Assembly: GCA_964451495.1 (NCBI GenBank)
Contig: CAYVHS010000005.1
Coordinates: forward strand, 8,926 to 72,925
Direction: 5' to 3'
Length of the DNA stretch: 64,000 bases
Source: an uncultured Bdellovibrionales bacterium
GTDB taxonomy: Bacteria > Patescibacteriota > Minisyncoccia > Moranbacterales > UBA1568
Shown piece by piece: positions 9,770 to 19,908 of this stretch. Within the stretch, counting starts at the first letter, position 1. Each line of letters starts with the position of its first letter. The notes beneath the pieces are model-generated. The model saw nothing but the letters and a program-made list of their open reading frames with translations. It made no database searches and had not been told where the DNA came from. Position numbers and translations under genes: made by a program.

Positions 9770-10321
9770 TTAATAGTAAAATTCTTGGGGAATGTCTTGG
9801 AGGAGCGGCTGTGCAGCATCCTTTTCTGACACCATCGGCTCTGCCATACCCCAATCGATACCCACATGAGGATCATCAAATCGGATTCCTCTCTCATGCT
9901 CTTTGGAATACACGTTGGTGCACTTATACGAAAAAAGAGTATCGTCTTCGAGAGCGATAAACCCATGAGCAAATCCAACGGGGATGAAAAACTGTTTCTT
10001 GTTTTCTCCCGAAAGTTCGACCGCTACATGCTGACCGAAAGTAGGTGACCCCGAGCGGATGTCGACGGCAACATCGATAACCCTGCCCCGCACAACCTGC
10101 ACCAATTTCCCTTGGGCAAATGGCGGAGCCTGATAATGGAGTCCGCGCACGACTCCTTTTTTGGAGCAAGATATATTGTCCTGAACAAAACATATATCAC
10201 TTCCGAGTAACTCTTGATACCGCTTCTCTTGAAATGTTTCCATGAAAAACCCTCGCTCATCTGCGAAAACATCCGGAGAGATGATAACCACGCCTTCCAG
10301 AAGCGTCTTTTCAATATGCAT
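9770..10321 (-). CDS. rfbC: dTDP-4-dehydrorhamnose 3,5-epimerase
   Basis: MHIEKTLLEGVVIISPDVFADERGFFMETF is the RmlC cupin. The start is placed at the ATG at 10321; the ORF track extends upstream to 10420. Confidence 0.85.
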   Translation of the reverse strand: MHIEKTLLEGVVIISPDVFADERGFFMETFQEKRYQELLGSDICFVQDNISCSKKGVVRGLHYQAPPFAQGKLVQVVRGRVIDVAVDIRSGSPTFGQHVAVELSGENKKQFFIPVGFAHGFIALEDDTLFSYKCTNVYSKEHERGIRFDDPHVGIDWGMAEPMVSEKDAAQPLLQDIPQEFYY

Positions 10322-10376
10322 AATTTCTTTTTTAATCGACGATATTCCAAAGGTGAATACTTCTATTTTAAAATAT

Positions 10377-10417
10377 CGCAGCCGTAAAAGCAAAAGCCGC
10401 CCCTTTTCGGGACGGCT
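10377..10417. terminator. Rho-independent terminator (bidirectional hairpin GCCGCCCC-TTTTC-GGGACGGC flanked by A/T runs) downstream of the KH-domain gene
   Basis: 8-bp GC-rich stem, 5-nt loop, T-run on the minus strand (plus AAAAGCAAAA) and a TTTTT on the plus side. Confidence 0.55.
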
Positions 10418-10432
10418 CAAAATTTTTCAGGA

Positions 10433-10834
10433 CTAAATCTGGATGTCGTTCATCACGTCATCGAGCGTCTTCTTTTCCTCAGGAGCACGCTCTGCATGTT
10501 CTATGCGCTCTGCTTCACGGAGAGGAGCAGATGTCTCACGAGGCTCACGTGGTGGGCGCTCAGAACCCTCTGGTTCATTGATTTTCAGATTGACACGGGC
10601 GTTGTTGCGAGCACCGATGACACGAAGCAACGTGCGGAGCGCCTTGGCAGTCATACCTTCGCGTCCGATTACCATACCCATGTCTTTGGGATTGACATCA
10701 AGCGTAATCAATACTCCCATCTCATCAATCTTTCTCTCAACCTTCACATCCTCAGGATTATCTACGAGCATCTTTACGACGTACTCGATAAATTCCTTAT
10801 CTTTTACATTGTCTGTCATAGACATACACGTCAC
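10433..10834 (-). CDS. KH-domain RNA-binding protein (KhpA/YlqC-like) with an acidic/basic C-terminal tail
   Basis: LVDNPEDVKVE...GVLITLDVNPKDMGMVIGREGMTAKALRTLL is a KH type II fold with a GxxG-like loop. The start could be 10834, 10825 or 10819. Confidence 0.7.
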   Translation of the reverse strand: MTCMSMTDNVKDKEFIEYVVKMLVDNPEDVKVERKIDEMGVLITLDVNPKDMGMVIGREGMTAKALRTLLRVIGARNNARVNLKINEPEGSERPPREPRETSAPLREAERIEHAERAPEEKKTLDDVMNDIQI

Positions 10835-10938
10835 AGATTACCGGTTTACTAGAAGAATACCTTCCACCAATATGATAACTCTTTTTATATAACCGCGCAA
10901 GAAGAATTTGCACACTCGTCAAGAGCACTAGGACTCTT

Positions 10939-12297
10939 CTATTCCACCCATTCAGCTGGCTCGGAAAATGATTTGGCGCGCCACTCCGGAGACTGACAGC
11001 ACAACACCGCTGCTGCCTCTTCCGGATTGATCAAAAGCATTTCGGTGATCTTTTCCATGCGCATACTGCGAGATCCTTTGATGAGGATCAAATCGTCCGA
11101 CCGGATGATAGTCGACAGTGCTTCCATAGCCGAAAGAGGGTCTGGTATCCACATGAGTTGTTTACGAGCATAACCACTTTCGAGCAATGCCTCATGGAGC
11201 GCGCGCATATGTTTACCCACAGTCACGACGATATGCGCCCCGGACTCGATGACGGCCGGTGCGAGCCGCGCATGCTCCTCAACTGATTCGAGACCGATCT
11301 CGAGCATATCACCCAATACTACAATTTTCCGCGGAGCCATCAATTCTCTCACGACCTCGAGCGCTGCTCGCGTCGAAGCAGGTGAAGCATTGTAGGTATC
11401 ATCGAGAAGCGCCGTATCGCTGCGGCCAGCGAGCAAACGCAGTCTCCCTGGCAATGGCTCAAAAGCCTCCAGAGATTCAGCAATCTCTACTAGATTCATC
11501 CGAAGTGCCAGTCCCACACTCGCCGCAGCTAGGGCAGCAGGGATATGATGTTTCGCCACGATCTTTGGCAGACGCACGGGGATACTCTTGCCATCAACAT
11601 TGAGCTTGAAACTAAATCCTTCGATACGTTTCACATCACGATGAAAAATCAGATTATCCGCTCGAACCATGGCACTTTCATCGAATCCATACGTGAACAC
11701 TTTTGCCTTGGTCTTTTCTTGCATCTTCTTGGTCCGCTTGTCATCGGCATTCAGGATAGCAAAACCATCCTCTGAAAGAGCTGAAATGAGTTTCCCTTTT
11801 TCTTTGGCGATATTGGTAATCGAACCGAAATACGCCAGATGACTCCCTGATACCTGCGTCGCGATACCGATCTTGAGAGAAACAAATTGGAGGAGATACT
11901 CCATATCGCCCGGACGGTCTATGCCCATTTCTAGGATGAGCACCTCTGGATATTTCACGGGGAACAGCATCATACCGAGCCACTTGAAACATATCATCCC
12001 CCAATGAAAAAATGACCCACCCCCACTATGGACACCCAAGATAGTAAGTGGTACGCCGACTTCATTATTATAATTCCCCTCTGCTTTGCGCACCGAATAC
12101 GCCCGAGCGATAACCAGAGCGGTTGCCTCTTTGGCCGAACTCTTTCCGACCGATCCTGTGATTCCCACAACCATCGGCTGATATTTACGGAGCACTGCCC
12201 GCGCCATAAATCGGAGCATGTGTTCCAGAATTTTTCTTTTATTCACTGACATACCAATAGTATTATTGAGAAGAAACACTCCTTCAGTATCACTCAT
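10939..12297 (-). CDS. murF: UDP-N-acetylmuramoyl-tripeptide--D-alanyl-D-alanine ligase
   Basis: 452 aa; GITGSVGKSS P-loop of the Mur ligase family; MurF-like domain order. Confidence 0.85.
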   Translation of the reverse strand: MSDTEGVFLLNNTIGMSVNKRKILEHMLRFMARAVLRKYQPMVVGITGSVGKSSAKEATALVIARAYSVRKAEGNYNNEVGVPLTILGVHSGGGSFFHWGMICFKWLGMMLFPVKYPEVLILEMGIDRPGDMEYLLQFVSLKIGIATQVSGSHLAYFGSITNIAKEKGKLISALSEDGFAILNADDKRTKKMQEKTKAKVFTYGFDESAMVRADNLIFHRDVKRIEGFSFKLNVDGKSIPVRLPKIVAKHHIPAALAAASVGLALRMNLVEIAESLEAFEPLPGRLRLLAGRSDTALLDDTYNASPASTRAALEVVRELMAPRKIVVLGDMLEIGLESVEEHARLAPAVIESGAHIVVTVGKHMRALHEALLESGYARKQLMWIPDPLSAMEALSTIIRSDDLILIKGSRSMRMEKITEMLLINPEEAAAVLCCQSPEWRAKSFSEPAEWVE

Positions 12298-14090
12298 TTT
12301 CGAGCCGGCACTTCTTCGGTGGGTTTTATCTTGGCGTACTCTAGCAGAAATTTCATGATCTTGCCAAACGTTGGGGCAGCACTAGATTCGGCCCATTCTA
12401 CATTTTTCGGATTATCAAGCTTCACCAAAACAACAAAACGTGGATCATTGATCGGGGCATATCCGGCAAATGAACCAATATTTAAACCTTCTTCATAGCC
12501 CGCTCCGTCACTTTTGGCCACCTGCGCTGTACCCGTCTTGCCACCGACCAGATACCCAGGTACATCAGCTCTTTTTCCATGACCATTCACCACCACCTCT
12601 CTTAACATACTCCCCATAGTACGACTGGTTTGTTCCGAAAGCACCTGGCGGATCGGCTCTGGAGCCACCTCTTCTTTGCTACCATCACCATGAATGATCT
12701 GATTGATGATGTGCGGTCGCATGAGCCAACCTCCGTTTGCCAGAGTCGCATAGGCATTGACGATCTGAAGCGGCGTCACGGTGATGCCCTGCCCAAAAGA
12801 AGCTGTGAAGTACTGAATATCCGAACGTACATTGGCGAGATTGCGTATATTGCCCGGGAGTTCCGCCGGCAAGGATACACCCGTCCGCTCGCCAAATCCA
12901 AATCGCTTCACATAGTCGCCAAATATTTTATTGCCTACCTGTTTCTCTACAAAGATGACTCCTGTGTTGATAGAATTATTGAGCACACTCGTCATGTTGC
13001 TCCTCCCGTATACCTTGTCCTCTGAATTGCGAATCGCATACCCCCCTATACTTACCACTCCGGTGTCTACATATTCTGTCGTCGGAGATACCTTGCCTTC
13101 TTCGATCCCGATAGCCATAGTAATCGGTTTCATGATCGACCCCGGCTCATACGCCATACTCACGGCAGGATTCATAAACAACGCATAATCCTCGACATCC
13201 GAATATGCATTGGGATCAAACTGAGGAAACGATGCCATGGACAAGATACTCCCTGTTTTCGGATCCATCACGATAGCTGTCGCACGGTCGGCCTGGAATT
13301 CTTCTGTCGCATCCTTGAGAATCTTTTCTGTTTCATACTGGATAACACGATCGAGAGAGAGGACAATACCATCACCATTCTTGGCAGAGACGATATCCCG
13401 ATCCGTGAGCGGTATCCATCGCCCGCCGGCATCTTTCTCCTGAGAAAGCTCACCACCAATACCTCGCAATCGGTTATCCTGCGAAGCTTCGATGCCATAG
13501 CCGCCAGCCCCGCCGCCCGCACCGAGACTCGCAAACCCGATCACCTGCGAGGCGAGTTCTCCTGCAGGATAATACCGAAATTTTTCTGGCAATAATGCTA
13601 CTCCTTTGAAAGAAAGATCCTTCACGCGCGATACTTCTTCATCACTCAGACGATGCTTGATGATCTCAAATGGATCATTCGGCATGTTGAGCTTTTCGCG
13701 AATTGGACCAATGTCCATATTCAATATCTGCGAAAGCTCTATCGCTACCCGGTCTTTCTCGACGACATCTTTGGGCACGACATACACGAGTCTATATTCC
13801 CGATTCACCGCCAAAGGGTACAGGTTCTCACCATCATGCATGAAAATCTCCCCGCGATCCGCCGAGAGCGTCTCGGAAGTACTGTGCTGATCTTCAGCAA
13901 GTGCTACCCACTTTCCATGCGAAAAGACCTGTATAAAATAGAGGCGCGACACGAGCGTCAATCCGACCAACAAAACTACCAGCCCCAAAATGCGCACTCT
14001 CGGTATTCTCTCCGAAGGCGACGCTCGCTTCTTGTTTTTCACCAGAGGTGTCCGAATCTTTCCAGGACTTCGCATAGGCGTATTCTTCAT
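12294..14090 (-). CDS. ftsI: Penicillin-binding protein 2 / FtsI-type transpeptidase
   Basis: 598 aa; N-terminal membrane anchor; SIMKP (SxxK), SxN and KTGTAQ motifs; 4-nt overlap with murF. Confidence 0.85.
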   Translation of the reverse strand: MKNTPMRSPGKIRTPLVKNKKRASPSERIPRVRILGLVVLLVGLTLVSRLYFIQVFSHGKWVALAEDQHSTSETLSADRGEIFMHDGENLYPLAVNREYRLVYVVPKDVVEKDRVAIELSQILNMDIGPIREKLNMPNDPFEIIKHRLSDEEVSRVKDLSFKGVALLPEKFRYYPAGELASQVIGFASLGAGGGAGGYGIEASQDNRLRGIGGELSQEKDAGGRWIPLTDRDIVSAKNGDGIVLSLDRVIQYETEKILKDATEEFQADRATAIVMDPKTGSILSMASFPQFDPNAYSDVEDYALFMNPAVSMAYEPGSIMKPITMAIGIEEGKVSPTTEYVDTGVVSIGGYAIRNSEDKVYGRSNMTSVLNNSINTGVIFVEKQVGNKIFGDYVKRFGFGERTGVSLPAELPGNIRNLANVRSDIQYFTASFGQGITVTPLQIVNAYATLANGGWLMRPHIINQIIHGDGSKEEVAPEPIRQVLSEQTSRTMGSMLREVVVNGHGKRADVPGYLVGGKTGTAQVAKSDGAGYEEGLNIGSFAGYAPINDPRFVVLVKLDNPKNVEWAESSAAPTFGKIMKFLLEYAKIKPTEEVPARK

Positions 14091-14124
14091 GATAGAAAGA
14101 AAAAAAGCGCATCGCGCTTCTTCC

Positions 14125-14478
14125 CTACCTCAAAGCAACTGGGCCACGCTTCTCTAGATATTTGACGTTATCCAATTTATGCATCTGGAGCTCCTCCCCA
14201 GAGGCTTCGATGCGATACAGTGATCTGAGATCAGCTTCGGTAATTTTCAATTCTACGTTCTCTTCTTTGAGTTTGCTTATTTCATTTTCAATCGTGCGCA
14301 TATGGTATCCCTGTACCGCACTCCGATTGACCGAATACAAATACCCACCACCGATAGCAAACAAAAGCATCAGTATACCGAGCACAAACAGGTGCACCGA
14401 ACCCGAAAGATCCGCTTGCGCGGTTTCCCTTCTAGGTGGGCTCGCTGCCACTAACGCTCGACGTTTGGTAATTCGCAT
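14125..14478 (-). CDS. ftsL: FtsL-like cell-division protein (bitopic, coiled-coil)
   Basis: 117 aa; a single TM followed by a leucine-zipper-like ISKLKEENVELKITEADL; sits between rsmH and ftsI. Confidence 0.5.
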   Translation of the reverse strand: MRITKRRALVAASPPRRETAQADLSGSVHLFVLGILMLLFAIGGGYLYSVNRSAVQGYHMRTIENEISKLKEENVELKITEADLRSLYRIEASGEELQMHKLDNVKYLEKRGPVALR

Positions 14479-14536
14479 ACGTTTTATTTTTATTTATCTG
14501 CCAGCAGACGATGCTTTTTGTACACGCATCGATTGT

Positions 14537-15514
14537 TTACGAGAGCTTCTCTATGATACGAAGCTTGGCACTTCTGGCACGTGGGTTTGTGTGTCTTTCC
14601 TGCTCACTCGGAACAATCGGTTTTCTCGTAATCAGCCTGATAGTAGGAGTCTGCTCACAACGACACACGGGGAAATTGGGCGGGCAAATACATCCTTGCG
14701 ATGCATCACGGAAGAACTGTTTCACGATACGATCCTCTCCCGAGTGAAACGTGATAACCGCCAACCGGCCACCGACATTCAAACATTTCACTGCCTGAGA
14801 AAGAAACGTCACCAGATGCTCTCCTTCCTGATTGACAGCGATACGAAGAGCTTGGAATGTCTTGGTCGCAGGATGGATCTTCAATCGATAACGCTTGCCT
14901 CTGGGATACACCCGCTCGATCAGCGCTGCCAAATCGTGAGTAGTCCGGAAAGGCTTGTTCTCTCGCTCAGTGACAATCGCTTCCGCGATACGCCTCGCTT
15001 CTGATTCTTCTCCATATTTGTAGAGGAACTGCTCAATCTCTTTCTCGGTACATGTATTCACTATCTTTTCTGCTGTCAGGTCGGTAGTTTGATCAAGACG
15101 CATATCGAGTGGTCCGTCTTTCTGAAAACTGAACCCTCGCTCTCCATCTTCGATCTGATCCGAAGAAAATCCGAGATCAGCGAGGATAGCATCGACATGC
15201 TCACTACCAGCATCTCCGAGCATTTCGACTATTGCTGAATAATTACCATGTACGAGAGCCAAAGATGTATCTGTAAGCGCTTGCTTGAGAAAGACATCTG
15301 ACTGTGCACGGATTTCAAACCGATTGAGAGCTTGCGTATCGGCATCGATAGCCACGAGCTTGCCTCCTGGCAAAATATGCTCGAGCAGAGCTCGTGTATG
15401 CCCCCCACCCCCAAGGGTCGCATCCACGACTACCATGCCTGGACGAAGCGAGAGCCCTTCCACTACTTCTTTCAAAAGAACTGATGCATGTTTCGTCTCT
15501 GTCATAATCTTCAT
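14537..15514 (-). CDS. rsmH: 16S rRNA (cytosine1402-N4)-methyltransferase
   Basis: 325 aa; VVVDATLGGGGHTRALLE SAM motif; canonical MraW. Confidence 0.9.
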   Translation of the reverse strand: MKIMTETKHASVLLKEVVEGLSLRPGMVVVDATLGGGGHTRALLEHILPGGKLVAIDADTQALNRFEIRAQSDVFLKQALTDTSLALVHGNYSAIVEMLGDAGSEHVDAILADLGFSSDQIEDGERGFSFQKDGPLDMRLDQTTDLTAEKIVNTCTEKEIEQFLYKYGEESEARRIAEAIVTERENKPFRTTHDLAALIERVYPRGKRYRLKIHPATKTFQALRIAVNQEGEHLVTFLSQAVKCLNVGGRLAVITFHSGEDRIVKQFFRDASQGCICPPNFPVCRCEQTPTIRLITRKPIVPSEQERHTNPRARSAKLRIIEKLS

Positions 15515-15630
15515 TCAACCCTCAAGAATAAAAACGCTTTCAAAAAATATTTTCATTTTTATTTTTGAGATCTGAATCTCCTCTCCCTCGAAAACCTGAT
15601 GAACTGTATTCGCTTTACGAACTTGATAAA

Positions 15631-16062
15631 CTAATAGATTCCTAACTTGCCGAGCTCTTCAGCGATTTTGCCAGTATTTTTTTCTGCTTGCTGTTTGTAC
15701 CGATTCCACTTCGCAGTATCCCAAATTTCCAAACGATTGAAGAGTCCTACGATAGTGACTTCTTTGTTGAGTCCCCCGTCATGCTTCAGATATTCCGGAA
15801 GTAGCACCCGTCCCTGACTATCGAGCTCGACATCAGTCGCACCGGCGAGCATGACGCGGATGAAGCTGCGTGTCGCTGCCTCACCAACCGGTAATGTCCC
15901 GAGTTTCGAGGCGAGTTCTTCCCATACTTTCATCGGATACACAAAGAGACAACTATCGAGTCCTCGCGTCACGATCACTTTGCTCCCTAGCTCACCGCGA
16001 AATTTCGAAGGTAGCGCGAGGCGCTTTTTGGGATCGATCGTGTGATTGTATTCTCCGATAAA
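15631..16062 (-). CDS. mraZ: Transcriptional regulator MraZ
   Basis: MFIGEYNHTIDPKKRLALPSKFRGEL matches the MraZ N-terminus, with two DxxxR repeats. The start is taken at MFIG (16062), not the upstream in-frame ATG at 16101. Confidence 0.85.
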   Translation of the reverse strand, partial: FIGEYNHTIDPKKRLALPSKFRGELGSKVIVTRGLDSCLFVYPMKVWEELASKLGTLPVGEAATRSFIRVMLAGATDVELDSQGRVLLPEYLKHDGGLNKEVTIVGLFNRLEIWDTAKWNRYKQQAEKNTGKIAEELGKLGIY

Positions 16063-16094
16063 CATAGGACGCAAAATGACATGTCGTGAAATTC

Positions 16095-16130
16095 CCCACA
16101 TTTCACCACACTAGCTATACATGTCCCCAT
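16095..16130 (-). promoter_or_regulatory. MraZ-box-like direct repeats (TGGGG ... GTGGT-N5-GTGGG, 10-bp phasing) between the promoter and the mraZ start
   Basis: On the minus strand: tagaaTGGGGacatgtatagctagtGTGGTgaaatGTGGGgaa. MraZ proteins are known to bind GTGG[GT] pentamer repeats spaced 10 bp apart at their own promoter. Confidence 0.45.
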
Positions 16131-16157
16131 TCTACGCCACGTGACCACAAGCGTCAA
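16129..16157 (-). promoter_or_regulatory. Sigma-70-type promoter of the mraZ operon: TTGACG, 17 nt, TAGAAT
   Basis: Minus strand: -35 TTGACG at 16152-16157, a 17-nt spacer, -10 TAGAAT at 16129-16134. Confidence 0.65.
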
Positions 16158-16336
16158 CACGCGAGTTATGCACCAAAAAAACGGCTATTTAAAGCCGTTT
16201 TTTATCATACTTATACACCTAAAATCCAAAATTACAGTCTACAATGGCACAAGAGAGTTCTTTTCGAGAAAAACTCTGGACCCAAGATTTCAAAAAAGAG
16301 TGCGGATTCCTAAAATGCAAACATACGAGAAAGAAA

Positions 16337-17734
16337 TCAGAATCTCTCCAAGACTTTCACAAGTAGTCGTACCGGAGCACCGGCAGCGCCTTTGGCGAGG
16401 AATTCATCCGGGAGTGCCGTCATGCGTGGCGCCATATCGAGATGGACCCATGGATACGCGTGATCCACAAATTGCCGCAGAAACGCAGCCGCGGTGATCG
16501 CTCCACCATAGCGCGTTTTGCCGAGATTAGATACATCACCGAAGGTTCCTTTGATTTCTTCATCATATTCTTCCCAGAGAGGCAGCGGCCAGACATAATC
16601 CCCGCTTACTTCACCCAGCTCCCTAAATGTTTTTTCTAATTGTTCATCTTCTGTAAACAGTGCCGTCGCTCGCTCACCGAGCGCGACCACGGCTGCGCCC
16701 GTCAGCGTCGCCACATCCACCACAAGAGTCGGTTTGTACCGCTTTGCGTAATGTAGAGCATCAGCGAGAATGATCCGTCCTTCGGCGTCAGTATTCAGCA
16801 CTTCGATTGTTTTCCCTGACATCGACCGAATCACATCTCCAGGACGATAGCTCGAACCCGAAGGCATATTCTCTACAGCAGGAATGAGCGCCACAATATT
16901 TTTCTTCATCTTGAGACGCGCTGCACACGCGATAGCATGGATGACCGCTGCACCACCCGACATATCCATATTCATTCCAAGGATCGATCCTTCTGGTTTG
17001 AGATTGATACCACCCGTATCAAACGTCACGCCCTTGCCGACCAAAATTACTGGCTTCGCTTTCTTATTGATTGCTCCGAAATATTCCAGAACGATAAAAC
17101 ACGGTTTGGCCTCTGACCCCTTGCCGACACCGAGGACACCACCCATCTTAAGACGCTTCATCGATGCTTCATCAAGTGCGGAATATTTGATCGGCAAGCC
17201 CTTCACCGACTGCCTAGCATGCCGCGCCAAAATTTCCGGCGTCATTTCCCCTCCAGGCATATTGGCAATATGTCGCGCACGGTTGGTCTCTTCACCGATT
17301 ATCACACCAGTATTGATACCCTGCCTGATCTCTGGACTCGATGCATGGGTAAACACAATAGTGTCTACCTCCGGCCAACCCTCCTGGGGTACCGAGAGAA
17401 ACTCACGGAACGTAAAACCAGCCATAACAAAATTCATCGCGAGCAACTCGGCTCGTTCGTACAGGGAACCAATACCACTAGAGAAAGAAAACTGATCAAA
17501 ATCAAGCACGATAGTCGTATATTTTTTCGCCAGAGCCTCGCGGACGATACGTCGAGCCAAAAGAATGAATTTACGACGAGTTATCTTTTCTGGATCAGAA
17601 AGAACAAAGGTCAGTGTATGTTCTTCTCCCCGTACACTCACCATACCGTCCCTACCCTCCTTTTCGAAACGGACGGCCAGTGCTCCTTTCTTTTGCCAGT
17701 ATTTCGTGTTTTCCCGTGAAATCTGTATCTGCAT
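16337..17734 (-). CDS. pepA: Leucyl aminopeptidase (M17)
   Basis: 465 aa; NTDAEGRIILADAL and the other M17 metal-ligand motifs. Confidence 0.85.
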   Translation of the reverse strand: MQIQISRENTKYWQKKGALAVRFEKEGRDGMVSVRGEEHTLTFVLSDPEKITRRKFILLARRIVREALAKKYTTIVLDFDQFSFSSGIGSLYERAELLAMNFVMAGFTFREFLSVPQEGWPEVDTIVFTHASSPEIRQGINTGVIIGEETNRARHIANMPGGEMTPEILARHARQSVKGLPIKYSALDEASMKRLKMGGVLGVGKGSEAKPCFIVLEYFGAINKKAKPVILVGKGVTFDTGGINLKPEGSILGMNMDMSGGAAVIHAIACAARLKMKKNIVALIPAVENMPSGSSYRPGDVIRSMSGKTIEVLNTDAEGRIILADALHYAKRYKPTLVVDVATLTGAAVVALGERATALFTEDEQLEKTFRELGEVSGDYVWPLPLWEEYDEEIKGTFGDVSNLGKTRYGGAITAAAFLRQFVDHAYPWVHLDMAPRMTALPDEFLAKGAAGAPVRLLVKVLERF

Positions 17735-17867
17735 ATGACATTCATTACACTGATTATCTCCCTCCTATAATAGAAGAGTCTATTCTAGCAATGAATGTCC
17801 AAAAAAACAAAAAGGCTCGGGACTAATGAAAGTCCGCGAGCCTCATGATGCGATGCATCAGGCGATG

Positions 17868-18308
17868 TTACGCCACTAACTGCACACGAATACAGCGACG
17901 GGATACCTCGAGATGTTGTGGTCCAACCGATTGAGGCGCGACCATTTCCACTATACCGGGGCCATGCTCTGGAGCGTTGGTCAGGATAAGCCGCAGAGTG
18001 CGACACATCATAGCAACACCCAGAGTCCTGACTTCGAGCGTCTGGTCTTTCAGATATTCCAGATATCCCCTGAGACTGATGGCAAAAACGGTCGTCACAT
18101 GTTTTTTCGCCCTCTCTGCCCGAGCTTCCAGAAATCTTAACCCCGTATACGCTGGAGCAGTATTTCCACTCACGAGGAATTCGGCGACCCTTTCAAGCTC
18201 TCCTTTCACTTCTTCCATTTCATGGAAAGCGACGATGCCCTGTCGAATGATTCGAACAGACCAAAGGCCTGATTCTGTTTTGGGATTTATGTAATCATCA
18301 TAATTCAT
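17868..18308 (-). CDS. Hypothetical protein
   Basis: 146-aa ORF in the main coding strand context; no recognisable motif. Confidence 0.45.
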   Translation of the reverse strand: MNYDDYINPKTESGLWSVRIIRQGIVAFHEMEEVKGELERVAEFLVSGNTAPAYTGLRFLEARAERAKKHVTTVFAISLRGYLEYLKDQTLEVRTLGVAMMCRTLRLILTNAPEHGPGIVEMVAPQSVGPQHLEVSRRCIRVQLVA

Positions 18309-18468
18309 CCAAATACTCCCTCTGTTGTCAAAACAATTGTTAATGAACGCTAAAAAAACAAAACGGCCTCTCCAAAAAAAATGGCGGTCGTTCTTAATAA
18401 AAGAAAAAGATACTCTCTATTCCTTACTCGCAGGATAGCTCACAATACTTGTTTGGTCAAACAAATAC

Positions 18469-19716
18469 TTACTTCATAGAAAAATCAATATACTTTCGAC
18501 CCCTGAGGCGTTCGGGGAAATATTCTTGCAAAGCCTCTTCTTTTGTTTTGAAATCAGGCGTATATTTATAACCCCTCCCATACCCAATCTCTTTCATGAG
18601 TTTTGTCGGGGCGTTCCGGAGATGGATCGGCACGGACTCATTGGGAAAAGTGACCACATCTTGTTTGGCTTTCCCGTATCCGACATAGAGAGCATTGCTT
18701 TTCTTGGATTGGGCAAGATAGACAACGGCCTGAGCCAGGTGTACTTCACATTCGGGCATACCGAGCATCTGACATGCCTGAAAAGCAGCTACTGCCTGGG
18801 GTAATGCGAACGAATTGGCGATACCGACATCCTCCGAAGCAAACCGGACCAAACGCCTAGCAACATAGAGAGGGTCCTCGCCGGCTTCGAGCATCCGTGC
18901 GAGCCAATAGAGCGCCGCATTCGCATCACTCCCGCGCAAGGATTTATGAAGCGCTGAAATAATATTATGATGTTCTTCGCCTCCCTTGTCATAGAGAATA
19001 TGTGACCGCTTGACGACATTCTCCACGACAGCGCTGTCGATATGTGCGGAGTAGAGCGCGCAGGCTTCGACGGTATTGAGTGCTGTCCGCGCGTCACCAC
19101 CAGAAACAGCCGCGATAAATGCGACCGCCGTATCATCGATAGAGATTTTTTTTCCGAAATACATCTCGGTATCCGCAAAAGCTCGCTGCATGAGCGCCAC
19201 CAACGCTGCTTCGGAATGCTTTTCCAACACGAGAACCCGCGTCCGCGATAAAAGAGCAGCGTTGACTTCAAAACTCGGGTTTTCTGTTGTAGCGCCGATG
19301 AGAATCACGGTCCCGTGCTCCACGTGGGGCAACAGAGCATCTTGCTGGGCCTTATTCCAGCGATGAATCTCATCGATAAACAGTATAGTCTTTTTTCCGG
19401 CAGCTTTATTCGTTTCTGCTTTTTCGATAACAGCCCGCAATTCTTTCACTCCACTCCCTACTGCCGACAACTGGTAAAATTCCGACTTGGTTTCCTCTGC
19501 GATGAGAAGTGCTAGTGTGGTCTTGCCACTCCCAGGTGGTCCCCAAAATATGAGCGAGGGTATTCTGTCTGCGACAATGGCTTCACGCAAAAAAGCACCT
19601 TCCCCCAAGATCTTTTCCTGTCCGAGAAAGCCCTCTATCGATTTCGGCCGCATGCGTTCGGCAAGCGGCACTTGATTGCTTGCGACCTGCTGCTTCATAT
19701 ATTCCGTAACCCACAC
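18469..19716 (-). CDS. rarA: Replication-associated recombination protein A (AAA+ ATPase)
   Basis: FWGPPGSGKTTLA Walker A, FIDEIHR Walker B, MgsA C-terminal domains. The codon at 19714-16 is GTG; an ATG (MKQQV) lies 6 codons downstream. Confidence 0.85.
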   Translation of the reverse strand: MWVTEYMKQQVASNQVPLAERMRPKSIEGFLGQEKILGEGAFLREAIVADRIPSLIFWGPPGSGKTTLALLIAEETKSEFYQLSAVGSGVKELRAVIEKAETNKAAGKKTILFIDEIHRWNKAQQDALLPHVEHGTVILIGATTENPSFEVNAALLSRTRVLVLEKHSEAALVALMQRAFADTEMYFGKKISIDDTAVAFIAAVSGGDARTALNTVEACALYSAHIDSAVVENVVKRSHILYDKGGEEHHNIISALHKSLRGSDANAALYWLARMLEAGEDPLYVARRLVRFASEDVGIANSFALPQAVAAFQACQMLGMPECEVHLAQAVVYLAQSKKSNALYVGYGKAKQDVVTFPNESVPIHLRNAPTKLMKEIGYGRGYKYTPDFKTKEEALQEYFPERLRGRKYIDFSMK

Positions 19717-19908
19717 TTAGTAACTATTCAGTATCTCACCGCCATAATACAAAGAAAAACAGTGCTTGTCTGATAAAACACTCAGATTTCGGCTGAAAAC
19801 CTTTCAAGACTCATCAGGTTACGATAGTAGCCTTCCTCGTCTCTTCAACGTTTTCATCTCAAAATCCGAACATTTTCTCGAGACATGAGATACTGAACAG
19901 TTACTAAG
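19716..19908. repeat. MITE-like element: 23-bp terminal inverted repeats (22/23 identical) bracketing the whole rarA-acyP intergenic region
   Basis: Left arm CTTAGTAACTATTCAGTATCTCA at 19716-19738; right arm TGAGATACTGAACAGTTACTAAG at 19886-19908. The ~147-bp core has no ORF. Confidence 0.5.

Noticed and set aside
14162-15004. 280-aa plus-strand ORF
   Set aside because: Antisense to rsmH and ftsL; no motifs; shadow ORF.
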